From NCBI GenBank assembly GCA_013140775.1, contig JABFSA010000014.1, positions 15,376 to 79,375 on the forward strand: a DNA stretch of 64,000 nt, written 5' to 3'. Shown in pieces: positions 36,915 through 46,489 of this stretch. The DNA is from Acidobacteriota bacterium (lineage in GTDB: Bacteria; Acidobacteriota; Vicinamibacteria; Vicinamibacterales; UBA2999). A program made the translations under genes and the position numbers. How positions within the stretch are numbered: position 1 is the first letter of the stretch; each line of letters begins with the position of its first letter. The notes under the pieces are model-generated. The model made no database searches. It worked only from the letters and a program-made list of their open reading frames with translations, and was not told the origin of the DNA.

Positions 36915-37406
36915 ATGCGCAGGCGACACCTCTACGTCCTCATCTTTGCGCTGCCGGCGTTCCTGCTGTCGCTCATCGGGGGCGCGATGCTGCTCGGCGC
37001 CGCAACCGGGGTGCTGTGGTTGTTCGTCTTCGGCGATAACCCCTGGCCGTCCGCGGCCAACACCCTGCTCACCACCACCTTTATCATTGGCACCCTCGCC
37101 CTCTGGCTTGCGCAGTTGGCCATCGCGTACGCGATAGGCAAAACGCAGGAACGCCGGCCCTCGTTGAACAGGACGCACGTCGCCGCATCTGTGGGCGCGA
37201 CGATCGCGCTCGCAGGACTCATCGCCGTGCGAGTCCTCGGCATTGGGAGCGCTGCGGCCCGAACGGACACCATGATCTGCGCCGACCACTGCCTCGCCAG
37301 AGGTTTCTCCGCGAGCGGCATGGCGCCGCGCGACTCCGGCGACCACACGTGTACCTGCTACGACGCGCAAGGACAGGAAAGCGTCAGCGTTCCGATCGAG
37401 AGATAG
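36915..37406 (+). CDS. Small membrane protein with Cys-rich extracytoplasmic tail
   Basis: Several hydrophobic helices; tail CADHC...CTC; GATAAT 6 nt upstream of ATG. Confidence 0.65.
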   Translation: MRRRHLYVLIFALPAFLLSLIGGAMLLGAATGVLWLFVFGDNPWPSAANTLLTTTFIIGTLALWLAQLAIAYAIGKTQERRPSLNRTHVAASVGATIALAGLIAVRVLGIGSAAARTDTMICADHCLARGFSASGMAPRDSGDHTCTCYDAQGQESVSVPIER

Positions 37407-37410
37407 ACGC

Positions 37411-37480
37411 AACCACGAAGAAGCGAAGGAATCGAAGGCACATACCTGGATGCTTCGTGGATCTTCGTGTCGTCGTGGCT
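37411..37480. repeat. Inverted 3x9-mer hairpin element (same family as 8189-8258)
   Basis: AACCACGAAG AAGCGAAG GAATCGAAG ... CTTCGTG GATCTTCGTG TCGTCGTGGCT. Confidence 0.78.
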
Positions 37481-37616
37481 TGGTCGTAGCGTCAGACCCC
37501 GAAAAACAGAGAACGAACAATTTTGTACAGAAAGTTCGACGTTTTTCGGGCGATGATACGCTTTTGTCCCACGCTGCTGGCGTGGGCGAACATTGACCGA
37601 GGCAGGGAACAGGGAC

Positions 37617-38261
37617 ATGAAGGTCGTCGGACGCCGCGCGCTGATGCTCCTGGCGACCGTGGGGACATTGACGATCCCCGCGGGCGCAGCGACGCCCGTC
37701 TCCTTGACCATCCGTCTCTACAACAGCTCCGGCGTCACAAGCGAGGAGATGCAGTCGGCGCGAAGAGCCGCCGAAGCCATCCTCGCCGACACGGGATTAG
37801 CGGTCGCGTTCCGGCACTGCGGCCGCTCCCCTTTCACTTCTGCCGTCGATGCATGCGCGGAGCCACTCCGGCCCTCCGAAGTGGTGGTGCGGATCATCAA
37901 GGCACCTGCTTTCAGCCCGACGCTCCATCCTGACGCGTACGGAATGGCGTATGTCGTACCAGAGACGAATCGCGGCTGGCTGGCCACTGTCTTCTCTGAT
38001 CGGATCAACAACGCGGCAGCGCGCCTGCACGTCGAGCCTGGCACACTGCTCGGCCTCGTCGCGGCCCACGAGGTCGGGCACCTGCTGCTCGGTGTCGCCT
38101 ATCACGGAGAAGACGGCGTCATGCCGGCGGATCTCCCTGATGCACTGCTGACACGAGACGATCAGGAGTGGCGGTTCTCCTCGAACGAGGCCGAGCGACT
38201 CCATCGCTCACTCGAGTCAATGACCGGCACTTCCGCGTCATCGCCTGCTGTCGAGTTCTGA
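37617..38261 (+). CDS. Secreted zincin-like (HExxH) hypothetical protein
   Basis: Signal peptide; AAHEVGHLLLG..H...GVM. Confidence 0.72.
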   Translation: MKVVGRRALMLLATVGTLTIPAGAATPVSLTIRLYNSSGVTSEEMQSARRAAEAILADTGLAVAFRHCGRSPFTSAVDACAEPLRPSEVVVRIIKAPAFSPTLHPDAYGMAYVVPETNRGWLATVFSDRINNAAARLHVEPGTLLGLVAAHEVGHLLLGVAYHGEDGVMPADLPDALLTRDDQEWRFSSNEAERLHRSLESMTGTSASSPAVEF

Positions 38262-38424
38262 CACAAATGAGCCTGTAGACAGGCGAATCACACAAAAGAG
38301 TCGCTTTCAAGGAATCGCCCCTGCCCGAGCCAGGATCACGGCTCGCAGCCTGATTTCCTGCGTATTCCTGCAGATTTCGAACAACTCATCACTCATGAAC
38401 GGGTCGCCGGCGCCAGCTCTTGGA

Positions 38425-38440
38425 TGGCGCACGCCTTGCA
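38425..38440 (+). promoter_or_regulatory. Sigma-54 (-24/-12) promoter upstream of TonB-dependent receptor
   Basis: TGGCGC-ACGCC-TTGCA. Confidence 0.68.
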
Positions 38441-38612
38441 CTAATTTGCGCGACGACCGCGCTCAGACGCGCGACGTCTCCAGCCCCGACGCTCCGGCGA
38501 TGTGACCGCGGTCGCGCACAGACGCGAATCCGGTCATATCGACTGCGAATCCCAGGCCCCGCAGCCGCCCACAGCCTCGACGCCTCTCTCATTCGACGAG
38601 AAAGGGATATCA

Positions 38613-41600
38613 ATGAACTCGAGACCCGTCAGTGTGCGGTCGGTCCGTCTTCGGGCGGCCGTCGTCGGTCTACTGCTCGCCGCCGCGAGCCTCGTCATCA
38701 CCATCAACGCCAGCGCGCAGACCTATCAGGGAGCCCTGCGCGGGGCGGTGCGCGATGCACAGGGTGTCATTCCCGGTGCGGAAATCACGCTCATCAGCGA
38801 AGAAACGAACGCCGAGCGGGCGGCGATGACGAACGAAGTCGGGGAGTACGCGTTTGCGAGCGTGTTACCAGGCACCTACACGCTTCGGGTGTCGCTGCCA
38901 GGCTTCAGGACCGAGGAACGCAAGGGGATTCGAGTCGGAACGCAACAGTCACTGGTCCTCGACTTCATGCTCGAAGTGGGCGCGATCTCGGAGCAGATTA
39001 CGGTCACAGGTGAAGCGCCGCTCGTCGAGCGCGCAAGCGCCTCGCAGGCGGCCTCGCTCGATCAGGAGGCCCTCCAGAGCCTGCCCATCTTTGGACGCAA
39101 CACGTTCTTCGCCGCCATCTCAACGCCTGGTGTCATCCAGACCGGTGACCCGCAGTTCGTGCGCTACCAGGATCAGTCCGGTTCATCGCAGCTCTCACTG
39201 GGCGGCGGGCCCCGTCGCGGCAACGGCTACCTCATCGAGGGCGTGTCCATCACGGACCTGACGAATCGCCCCACGATTGCACCGTCGATGGAGGCGGTCG
39301 AAGAACTGAAGGTCCAGACCAAGACCTACGAAGCGGACATGGGACACGCGGCAGGCGGCGTCTTCAACACCACGGCCCGATCGGGATCGAACATCTGGCA
39401 CGGCAGCGCGCTGCTCGTGAGCAAACCAGGCATGACAACGGGCACACTGTTCTTTGCCAAGCGCGCGGGACTCGAAAACCCGCCGCAGTATTACCACAAC
39501 TGGGCCGGCTCACTTGGCGGTCCACTCGTGAAGGACAAGACATTCTTCTGGTTCAGCACGGACGGCTACAAACAGCGCAGCACTCGCAACAGCGTGCTCA
39601 CGCTGCCGACAGCTGCGGAGCGCGCCGGAAACTTTTCGCAGACGCGCAACACCGCCGGGCAGCTCGTCACCATCTACGATCCTCTGACGACGCGAACGGA
39701 GAACGGTGTCATCGTGCGAGACCCGTTCCCCGGCAACGTCATCCCGGGTGACCGGATCAGCGCGGTCGCAAGAGCGATGCTCACGCCGATGCCCATCCCC
39801 ACCGACGGAAAGTCGTTCAACGGCCAGGCAATCCTCGACGACGGCCCGCAGGATCAGGAGACGCTGAAGGTCGATCAGCGCTGGACGGAGAGCTGGACGA
39901 TGAGCGGCCTCTATGCGCATCAGCACACCAAGGAACCCGGATCGGCGTTCTTCGGCGCGCACGGAACCGTTCCCGGGGATCCGAGTGCCAGCCTGCTCTT
40001 CCGCACGGTCAATCTACTCGCGTTGAACAACATCTTCATCCCTGATGCGAACACTGCCGTTGCAGTGAGATACGGCATAAATCGATTCCAGGATTTCGGC
40101 GGCAACTACCCGACGTTCGATGCAGGGACGCTCGGGTTCCCGGCAAGCCTCGTGAGCGCGATGACGTTCAACACCTTCCCCCAGGCGGCGATCACCGGAT
40201 ACGGCGGGACCACCACGCTCGGCAACGGCGGTCCCAGTCGCACGACCCACCTGACGCAAACGGCGAACGCCTCGGTCTCTCGTCTCATGGGCAGCCACAC
40301 GCTGAAGTTCGGCGCGGAGTATCGGCGGATTGGGGCAAGCACGAGAACGTTCAGTACTTCGGCGGGCACCTACAACTTCACGCAGGCGTTCACGGCAGCG
40401 ACGCCTACCGCAGCCGGTGGCGACGCGTTCGCCAGCTTCCTTCTCGGCTTTCCCTCGACGGGCAGCATCGTCTATGCGACGCCCGCCGACTATCTCGTGG
40501 ACTACTACGCCGGCTACGCCCAGGACGAATACCGCGCGAGCTCGAAGCTCACGTTGAACTACGGCCTGCGGTACGAATACGAGCCCGGCGTCCGTGAAGC
40601 CGACGGCCACTTTACGGTTGGCTTCGACAGGGACGCGATGTTCCCCGTGCAGGTGCCCGGCATGACGCTCAAGGGTGGCCTCATGTATGCGGGAGTGAAC
40701 GGGTATCCCACGACGCAGGGCGAATCACTCAACGGCCTGGCGCCTCGCGGCGGGTTTGCCTGGTCGGTCTCGGACAACGACGTCATCCGTGGCGGCTACG
40801 GCTTCTTCTGGGCGCCCGTGCAGTTCTCCGGCGTCGGCGAGACCGCCATGGGACGACTCGGCTACACGGCGACCACCACGTATCTTTCGAGCACTGACGG
40901 CAATCGCACACCCGCCAATTCCCTGAGCAATCCGTTCCCCGCGGGCATTATTCCACCGCAGGGCGACGCACTGGGGCTGGCAACCGGCGCCGGCGGCGTC
41001 ATCGATTTCGTCGATCAGCACTCCGGGCCCGGACAGGTCCATCAGTACTCCATCGACTATTCACACGAGTTCCCTGCCGGCATCGCCGTATCAATCGGAT
41101 ACTCGGGCAGCAGGTCCGACCACATGCCGGTTGGCGGCACCGTGGACGCGACCGTCAACATCAATCAGCTCGATCCGCAGTACCTCGCGCTCGGTTCGGC
41201 GCTGCTCGATCTGCTGCCGAACCCGTTCTTCGGCAATTCCGCGTTCGGCAACCTGGCCAACTCGGCGACGATCACCCGCGGACAGCTGCTCCGCCCGTTC
41301 CCACAGTTCACCGATGTGCTTGCTCACCGCGTAACGGACGCTCGTGCCCGATACAACGCGATGACGCTTCGATTCGACAAGCGGGTGCGGGACAACTGGG
41401 GCGTGAATGCGAACTACACGTTCAGCCGGTTGATGGACAACCAGTTCGGCGAGTCCAATACCTACTCCGCGCGCAGCCAGAACGCGCTCGACACGTATGA
41501 CCTCGACCGCGAGTGGGGCTACTCGCTGCTCGACGTGCCCCATCGTTTCAACGTCAACGGCACCTTCGTGGTGCCTGTCGGAAACGGACACCGGTGGCTG

Positions 41601-42101
41601 AGCGATGGGATTGGAAGTGTGCTGCTCGGCGGCTGGTCGGTCACGATGGCCGCACGCTTCCAGACCGGCTTCCCCGTGAGCGTGTGGCAGTCCGCGAGTA
41701 ACTCAGGGCTGCTCGGTGGCAGCTCGCAGGGCAGCTCACAGCGTCCCAACATCGTGCCCGGTGTCGATCTCGGTACGAGTGGCTCGCTCGAGGAACGATT
41801 GACGAGCTGGATCAATCCCGCGGCGTTCACGGCCGCGCCGGCATACACCCTGGGAAACGCGCCACGGACCCTCTCGGACCTGCGCACGCCTGGCCAGCGC
41901 AACGTAGACCTCAGCGTCCAGAAGGCGCAACGGATTAGTGGCGGACAGACCATCTCTGTCAGGGCGGACGTGCTGAACCTCTTCGACAACCCGCTCTTCA
42001 CCACACTGCAGTCGCAGTTCGGCACGCCGACGTTCGGGCAGTTGACGGCCGTCGGTGGCTACGCCCGGTCAGTGCAGTTTCAGGTTCGGTTTGGTTTCTG
42101 A
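38613..42101 (+). CDS. TonB-dependent receptor, Oar/acidobacterial type
   Basis: ASA-QTYQG signal; GVIPGAEITL; PSMEAVEELKVQ; RSGSN; C-terminal RSVQFQVRFGF. Confidence 0.92.
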   Translation: MNSRPVSVRSVRLRAAVVGLLLAAASLVITINASAQTYQGALRGAVRDAQGVIPGAEITLISEETNAERAAMTNEVGEYAFASVLPGTYTLRVSLPGFRTEERKGIRVGTQQSLVLDFMLEVGAISEQITVTGEAPLVERASASQAASLDQEALQSLPIFGRNTFFAAISTPGVIQTGDPQFVRYQDQSGSSQLSLGGGPRRGNGYLIEGVSITDLTNRPTIAPSMEAVEELKVQTKTYEADMGHAAGGVFNTTARSGSNIWHGSALLVSKPGMTTGTLFFAKRAGLENPPQYYHNWAGSLGGPLVKDKTFFWFSTDGYKQRSTRNSVLTLPTAAERAGNFSQTRNTAGQLVTIYDPLTTRTENGVIVRDPFPGNVIPGDRISAVARAMLTPMPIPTDGKSFNGQAILDDGPQDQETLKVDQRWTESWTMSGLYAHQHTKEPGSAFFGAHGTVPGDPSASLLFRTVNLLALNNIFIPDANTAVAVRYGINRFQDFGGNYPTFDAGTLGFPASLVSAMTFNTFPQAAITGYGGTTTLGNGGPSRTTHLTQTANASVSRLMGSHTLKFGAEYRRIGASTRTFSTSAGTYNFTQAFTAATPTAAGGDAFASFLLGFPSTGSIVYATPADYLVDYYAGYAQDEYRASSKLTLNYGLRYEYEPGVREADGHFTVGFDRDAMFPVQVPGMTLKGGLMYAGVNGYPTTQGESLNGLAPRGGFAWSVSDNDVIRGGYGFFWAPVQFSGVGETAMGRLGYTATTTYLSSTDGNRTPANSLSNPFPAGIIPPQGDALGLATGAGGVIDFVDQHSGPGQVHQYSIDYSHEFPAGIAVSIGYSGSRSDHMPVGGTVDATVNINQLDPQYLALGSALLDLLPNPFFGNSAFGNLANSATITRGQLLRPFPQFTDVLAHRVTDARARYNAMTLRFDKRVRDNWGVNANYTFSRLMDNQFGESNTYSARSQNALDTYDLDREWGYSLLDVPHRFNVNGTFVVPVGNGHRWLSDGIGSVLLGGWSVTMAARFQTGFPVSVWQSASNSGLLGGSSQGSSQRPNIVPGVDLGTSGSLEERLTSWINPAAFTAAPAYTLGNAPRTLSDLRTPGQRNVDLSVQKAQRISGGQTISVRADVLNLFDNPLFTTLQSQFGTPTFGQLTAVGGYARSVQFQVRFGF

Positions 42102-42607
42102 GTACTGACCAGATCAAGATCGGGCTGCAGATGAAGCGGCGCTTCTGGGAGGAAGACGACAAGATCTTCGGTGGCCACCTCTACTCCAACCTCCCTCTCG
42201 GCACGTTCTCCTATCCCTCCTGGGGCTACTTCGGCAACAAGGGCATCGTCCTCGGCTTCTATGGCAACGGTCAGATGTCTGGCGTCATCAACATGCCAAT
42301 CAAGGACCGCATCGAACACGTGCTGACGCACGCGGGCAAAGTCCATCCGCAGCTTCGGGAGGAGTACGAGACCGCGTACTGCACGTTCTGGGAAAAGACT
42401 CCGTACAGTCTGGGCGCTTTCGCGGGCGGAGGCGGTACGGGCAACTCAGAACGACTTGCCACACTCAACAAGCCCGACAACCGGATCTTCATCGGCTGCG
42501 CGGCCATCAGCGGCAACGGCGGCTGGCAGGAAGGCGCCATCACCGCCGCGTGGAGACAAGTCAAGCAGCTGCACGAGACGGTCATGAGCAGGACGGCGAC
42601 TGCTTAG
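42101..42607 (+). pseudogene. C-terminal fragment of a flavin monoamine/L-amino-acid oxidase
   Basis: In-frame IKIGLQMKRRFWEEDDKIFGG...WEKTPYSLG...GWQEGAI. No FAD-binding GxGxxG N-terminus and no RBS; homology starts at the TBDR stop codon. Confidence 0.8.
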
Positions 42608-42644
42608 CAGAGGTGCGAGGTGCGAGGTTCGCGACTAGACACTC

Positions 42645-42692
42645 GTGGGGTCCGGCTTTCCTGCCCCGAGCGAAGTCGAGGGGAGCCGGACC
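42645..42692 (+). repeat. REP palindrome with a 24-nt second element inserted in its loop
   Basis: GTGG-GGTCCGGCT-TT-[CCTGCCCCGAGCGAAGTCGAGGGG]-AGCCGGACC. Confidence 0.75.
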
Positions 42693-42725
42693 TGGAGGCG
42701 TTCGATGCATTTGAGGGAACACATC

Positions 42726-43178
42726 ATGGCGATGGGACGTGCGTTTCTTCTGGCCTTCGCGGCGAGCGCGAGCGCGGTGGGAATTGTGACAATGGGCGAA
42801 GTCATGGTGGCGGGACAGGGCTCGCCACCTGCCGTCTTCACGGCTCAGCAGGCGACGGCCGGAAAGGCCGCGTACGCGAAGAACTGCGCGTCGTGCCACT
42901 CGCCAGACTTGAGCGGCAACGGCGAGATCTCCGCGCTCGCCGGCCCAGCCTTCATGGAGACGTGGGGTCCCCGCACAACGAAACAGTTCTTCGACTACAT
43001 CTCCGCAGCGATGCCCTACGGCCAGCCATCGCTGACAACGGAGGCCTACACGGAAATCAGCGCCTTCATCCTGCAATCCAACGGCGCCATCGCCGGCGAG
43101 AGCGCGCTCACCGCATCGACATCAGTCGAGATCCGCGGCCTGGCGGCAGCCGCAACCCTCACGCCGGCGTCGCACTGA
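42726..43178 (+). CDS. Monoheme class I cytochrome c
   Basis: Signal peptide; FTAQQATAGKAAYAKNCASCH; AMP; GAGG RBS. Confidence 0.87.
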   Translation: MAMGRAFLLAFAASASAVGIVTMGEVMVAGQGSPPAVFTAQQATAGKAAYAKNCASCHSPDLSGNGEISALAGPAFMETWGPRTTKQFFDYISAAMPYGQPSLTTEAYTEISAFILQSNGAIAGESALTASTSVEIRGLAAAATLTPASH

Positions 43179-43250
43179 AAGAGGTGAGCAGGACGAAGGA
43201 GTAGCTCCGAGGCACCCGAGCTGAGCCTACCGGACCTCCTTGAGTCGAGC

Positions 43251-43278
43251 TGCAACGGTTATGCCTAAGACCGTTGCA
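43251..43278. terminator. Hairpin between convergent genes, possible terminator
   Basis: TGCAACGGT-10 nt-ACCGTTGCA perfect 9-bp stem. Confidence 0.45.
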
Positions 43279-43347
43279 AATGGACCTCGGTTCCTCGCGC
43301 AATCGACCTACCTCTTCGACAGGAGCTGCCTGATGCTCGAGCCCGAG

Positions 43348-43992
43348 CTAATGCACTCGCTTCTTCTTCACTCTCGCGCCGGTCGTCGGCTGGGAGAACT
43401 CCGCTTCTCCCGTCTCGCGGAACTCGGAGACAGCCGCCGACATGGCGGCTGAGGCCAGACGATACGACGCCCCGTCGGAATCGAAGTTCATCGCCGCCTT
43501 CGGCGCGATGCCGATGTGGCCGCCCTCCTGGATGGCGTCCTGGTTGGCGGCCATGAAGAGGAAGCCCCAGCGATAGACATCGCGCTGCGTCGAGATCATC
43601 TCGAAGACCCGGGCGCGGGTGTAGCGGGTGCTCGCATTCTCCAGACCGTCGGTGATGATGACCATCAGCACGCGATCGGGACGGTCGGTCTCGGGCAACA
43701 TGCGCAGGCGATCACCAGTCGCCTCAATCGTCCGCCCGACAGCATCGAGCAGTGCTGTCGTCCCGCGCGGTTGAAACGTGCCCGCGGTGAGGAGCGGCGC
43801 ATCTGCGATGGGCTGCTCAGCGTAGACGACGTCGTAATGGTCGTCGAACTGCACGAGCGTCAGCCGGCAGTCGCCCGGCTGCGCCCGCTGCTCGGTGACG
43901 AAGTGATTGAACCCACCGACCACGTCCGTGGCGATGGAGTCCATGGATCCGGACCGGTCGAGAATGATGGTGATGTCTGCCTCGTGTTTCAT
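43348..43992 (-). CDS. Stand-alone von Willebrand factor A (vWA) domain protein
   Basis: MIDAS motif ILDRSGSM, PRGTTALLDAVG, IITDGLENAS; GGAG RBS. Confidence 0.88.
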   Translation of the reverse strand: MKHEADITIILDRSGSMDSIATDVVGGFNHFVTEQRAQPGDCRLTLVQFDDHYDVVYAEQPIADAPLLTAGTFQPRGTTALLDAVGRTIEATGDRLRMLPETDRPDRVLMVIITDGLENASTRYTRARVFEMISTQRDVYRWGFLFMAANQDAIQEGGHIGIAPKAAMNFDSDGASYRLASAAMSAAVSEFRETGEAEFSQPTTGARVKKKRVH

Positions 43993-44013
43993 GTGATCTC
44001 CATTGCTCAATTC

Positions 44014-44074
44014 GCGCGGCTGAAGCCGCGCACTACGACTGACTCTTATCGTCCGGCTGAAGCCGGACACTACG
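44014..44074 (-). repeat. Two tandem GTAG-type REP palindromes
   Basis: GCGCGGCTGAAGCCGCGCACTACG (44014-44037) and GTCCGGCTGAAGCCGGACACTACG (44051-44074). Confidence 0.88.
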
Positions 44075-44348
44075 ACTGCAAATGCGCGAGCATCCGCTGA
44101 CGATGCGCCAGCTGCCGATCATCCAGGGTCCTGGATCCCAGCGACGCTGAGGCCCACAAGAACGGCTGCTGCGCGAGCCGTCGCGCGCGCAGACGATCCA
44201 GTTCGCGGCGATAGCACTCGAAGCACAGGGTGTGATCGCGATCCGCGCGGACCTGGCCGCGATATCTGAACCGGGCTTTGCGCTCCCGACACGCGGCGCA
44301 CAGCACCTTGAAACGCCGAAACATCCGCCGACGCTCGCCAATCGACAT
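44070..44348 (-). CDS. Small basic CxxC...CxxC (putative zinc-ribbon) protein
   Basis: Strong AGGAGG RBS; LCAACRERKARF...HTLCFECYR; Arg-rich. Confidence 0.7.
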   Translation of the reverse strand: MSIGERRRMFRRFKVLCAACRERKARFRYRGQVRADRDHTLCFECYRRELDRLRARRLAQQPFLWASASLGSRTLDDRQLAHRQRMLAHLQS

Positions 44349-44462
44349 TCAGATCCTCCTGCTGGCAGAAGGATAAGAACAGATGGTGACAGCACAGGTC
44401 ATACGCCGGGGTTTCGCCTGCCATGCGCGAGTCCCGAATCCCGAGCCCCGAAGGGTGTCGCC

Positions 44463-46361
44463 CTACCCGGCCTGCACAACCATCATCGTGGCGTCGTCTG
44501 AAGGTTCGTGGCCGGCCCGGAAGTTGCCGACCGCAGCCTCTGCGCACACGAGGAGCTGATCCCCGCTGCCCCCTGCCGCGGCAGCCAACAGCACCTCGAG
44601 GCGTTCGAGCCCAAACATGTCGCCAGCGGCGTTCTCGGCATCGACGCAGCCGTCGGTATAGAAAAACAACAAATCGCCGGCGTTCAGTTGCGAGCGCTGT
44701 TCGACGAAGCTGCCACCCGGAAGAAGGCCGATGGGAAACCCGGTGGAGTCCAGGCGCTCGAGTCCGCCGTTCTGCCGCACGACAAACTGCGGATTGTGTC
44801 CGGCGTTGACCCACCGCAACTGTCGCGACACCGGGTCGAAGATTCCCACGAAGAGCGTCGCGTAGACGCGACCCGACGTACTCGACTCGACGTCACGATC
44901 CAGTTCGGCAGCCAGCGCCGCCAGGTCCTGACCAAGCGACAAGCGCGTCCGCAATGACGCCTGAATATTGGCCATCAGGAGCGCAGCACCTACACCTTTT
45001 CCTGACACGTCGCCAACCAGCAGCGCGACGGATCCATCGGCCAATCGGAAATAGTTGAAGAAGTCACCGCCGACCTCACGAGCCGGCACGGAGACTCCTC
45101 TGACATCCGTCAGTCCGAGCGTCAACGGCACCCGAGGCAACATGTCGTGCTGGATCTGGCGGCCAAGCTCGAGCTCCCTGCGAAGACGTTCCTGCTCAAT
45201 CAGCGAATGTTGATGCCGCTCGACGTCCTCGGCCATCTGATTGAATGCACGTCCCAGACGGCCGACCTCGTCGTCTGACCTGACAACGACGCGCGCGGCA
45301 TAGTCACCGTGGGCGATGCGGCGAACCGCGTCGTTGAGGTGGGACAGATTCCGCGTGAGGCTCGACGACAGCGGCAGGATTGCGATCAGCGCGAGCCCTA
45401 CGAACCCGAGCCCGATCGCCGCGTTGCGCAGCGTGGCGCGACGCAGACCTTCGAGTGCGTCACCCATGGGTCGCGCGATACCGAACTTCAGTCCAGACCC
45501 GGTCGGGTCCGGGCTCGTGACAACAATCCACTCCGGAAGCACTGCGGTTCCGGGAGACGTAGCGGCGCTCACCGCGTCCGTATCCAGGGCCTGGATCCTT
45601 CTCCGATCCTCGTTGCCGAGCGTGAACAGCTGCCCATCCCTCGCCACAGCAAATGGCACTTCGCTGCGATCGTATCGGGTGGCGGAGAAGACGGCGTTCA
45701 ACAGGACCGGCAGATCGATCTCACCTGTGACCTGACTCACCACTTCGCCGTCTCTCTCTTCCCGCACATCGAAGCGACTGCCAGTGAGCCCCGCTCTCCG
45801 CTGCGTCGCCGGCTCAGCAACGGCCGGTGGCACGGCCGACGATGAGGGCTCGGACGTCGCGGCTGTCTGAGCCCTGGCCACCTGCTCTGCAACCGAGTCG
45901 CGCACGATCTGAATGCCCTGCTGGATGTCCCGCATGCGCTGGTTGACTTCGGCCAGCACGCGCTGGCGCTCATCAGGTGAGAGCTCGTCAACTCGACGGC
46001 CGGGAATTACCGCGCGAAGAATCTCGCGGCGAACCGGATCAAGATCGATCTCCCCTCGAACCTCGATCTTGTTCACCAGCATCGAGAGCTCTGACAACGC
46101 ATCGGTCGGCGTCTGCCCGTCCGTCGCGGGGCCGTCAGCAGTAGCCGGTGTGGACTCGATCAGCTGGCTCATCCGTTGCGTCAGCTGGTCCGTGACGGTT
46201 TCCATCCGCTGACTCAGCTCGCTTGCCAGCAACCGGGCTTCATCCTCCGCGGCCCCGCGCGCCGCGGCCAGGTTGCCCATGAAGGTGTACAGAGTCAGGC
46301 CCCCGAGGGGTACGACCGACATCAGGAAGAACACGGCAATCAGGCGAACACGAAGGCTCAT
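44463..46361 (-). CDS. Membrane sensor PP2C/SpoIIE (RsbU-like) phosphatase with HAMP domain
   Basis: Two TMs; DEVGRLGRAFNQMA; VGGDFF, GDVSGKG, NAGH, YTDG, DDAT. Confidence 0.9.
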   Translation of the reverse strand: MSLRVRLIAVFFLMSVVPLGGLTLYTFMGNLAAARGAAEDEARLLASELSQRMETVTDQLTQRMSQLIESTPATADGPATDGQTPTDALSELSMLVNKIEVRGEIDLDPVRREILRAVIPGRRVDELSPDERQRVLAEVNQRMRDIQQGIQIVRDSVAEQVARAQTAATSEPSSSAVPPAVAEPATQRRAGLTGSRFDVREERDGEVVSQVTGEIDLPVLLNAVFSATRYDRSEVPFAVARDGQLFTLGNEDRRRIQALDTDAVSAATSPGTAVLPEWIVVTSPDPTGSGLKFGIARPMGDALEGLRRATLRNAAIGLGFVGLALIAILPLSSSLTRNLSHLNDAVRRIAHGDYAARVVVRSDDEVGRLGRAFNQMAEDVERHQHSLIEQERLRRELELGRQIQHDMLPRVPLTLGLTDVRGVSVPAREVGGDFFNYFRLADGSVALLVGDVSGKGVGAALLMANIQASLRTRLSLGQDLAALAAELDRDVESSTSGRVYATLFVGIFDPVSRQLRWVNAGHNPQFVVRQNGGLERLDSTGFPIGLLPGGSFVEQRSQLNAGDLLFFYTDGCVDAENAAGDMFGLERLEVLLAAAAGGSGDQLLVCAEAAVGNFRAGHEPSDDATMMVVQAG

Positions 46362-46489
46362 CGACGTGCACGATTAGAGCAGAACTGGGCGGCGACGGTG
46401 GTGTTTTTTCGGACGCGGAATTCGCCGGGGGATTACCGAAACCCGACCCTTGAGTTGCCAGCGGAATCCCGGTAGCATCTCGCGCTCGG

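Noticed and set aside
38441-38612. Riboswitch in the long leader of the TonB receptor
   Set aside because: No cobalamin, TPP or c-di-GMP core motif recognisable by eye; an Infernal/Rfam scan would be needed
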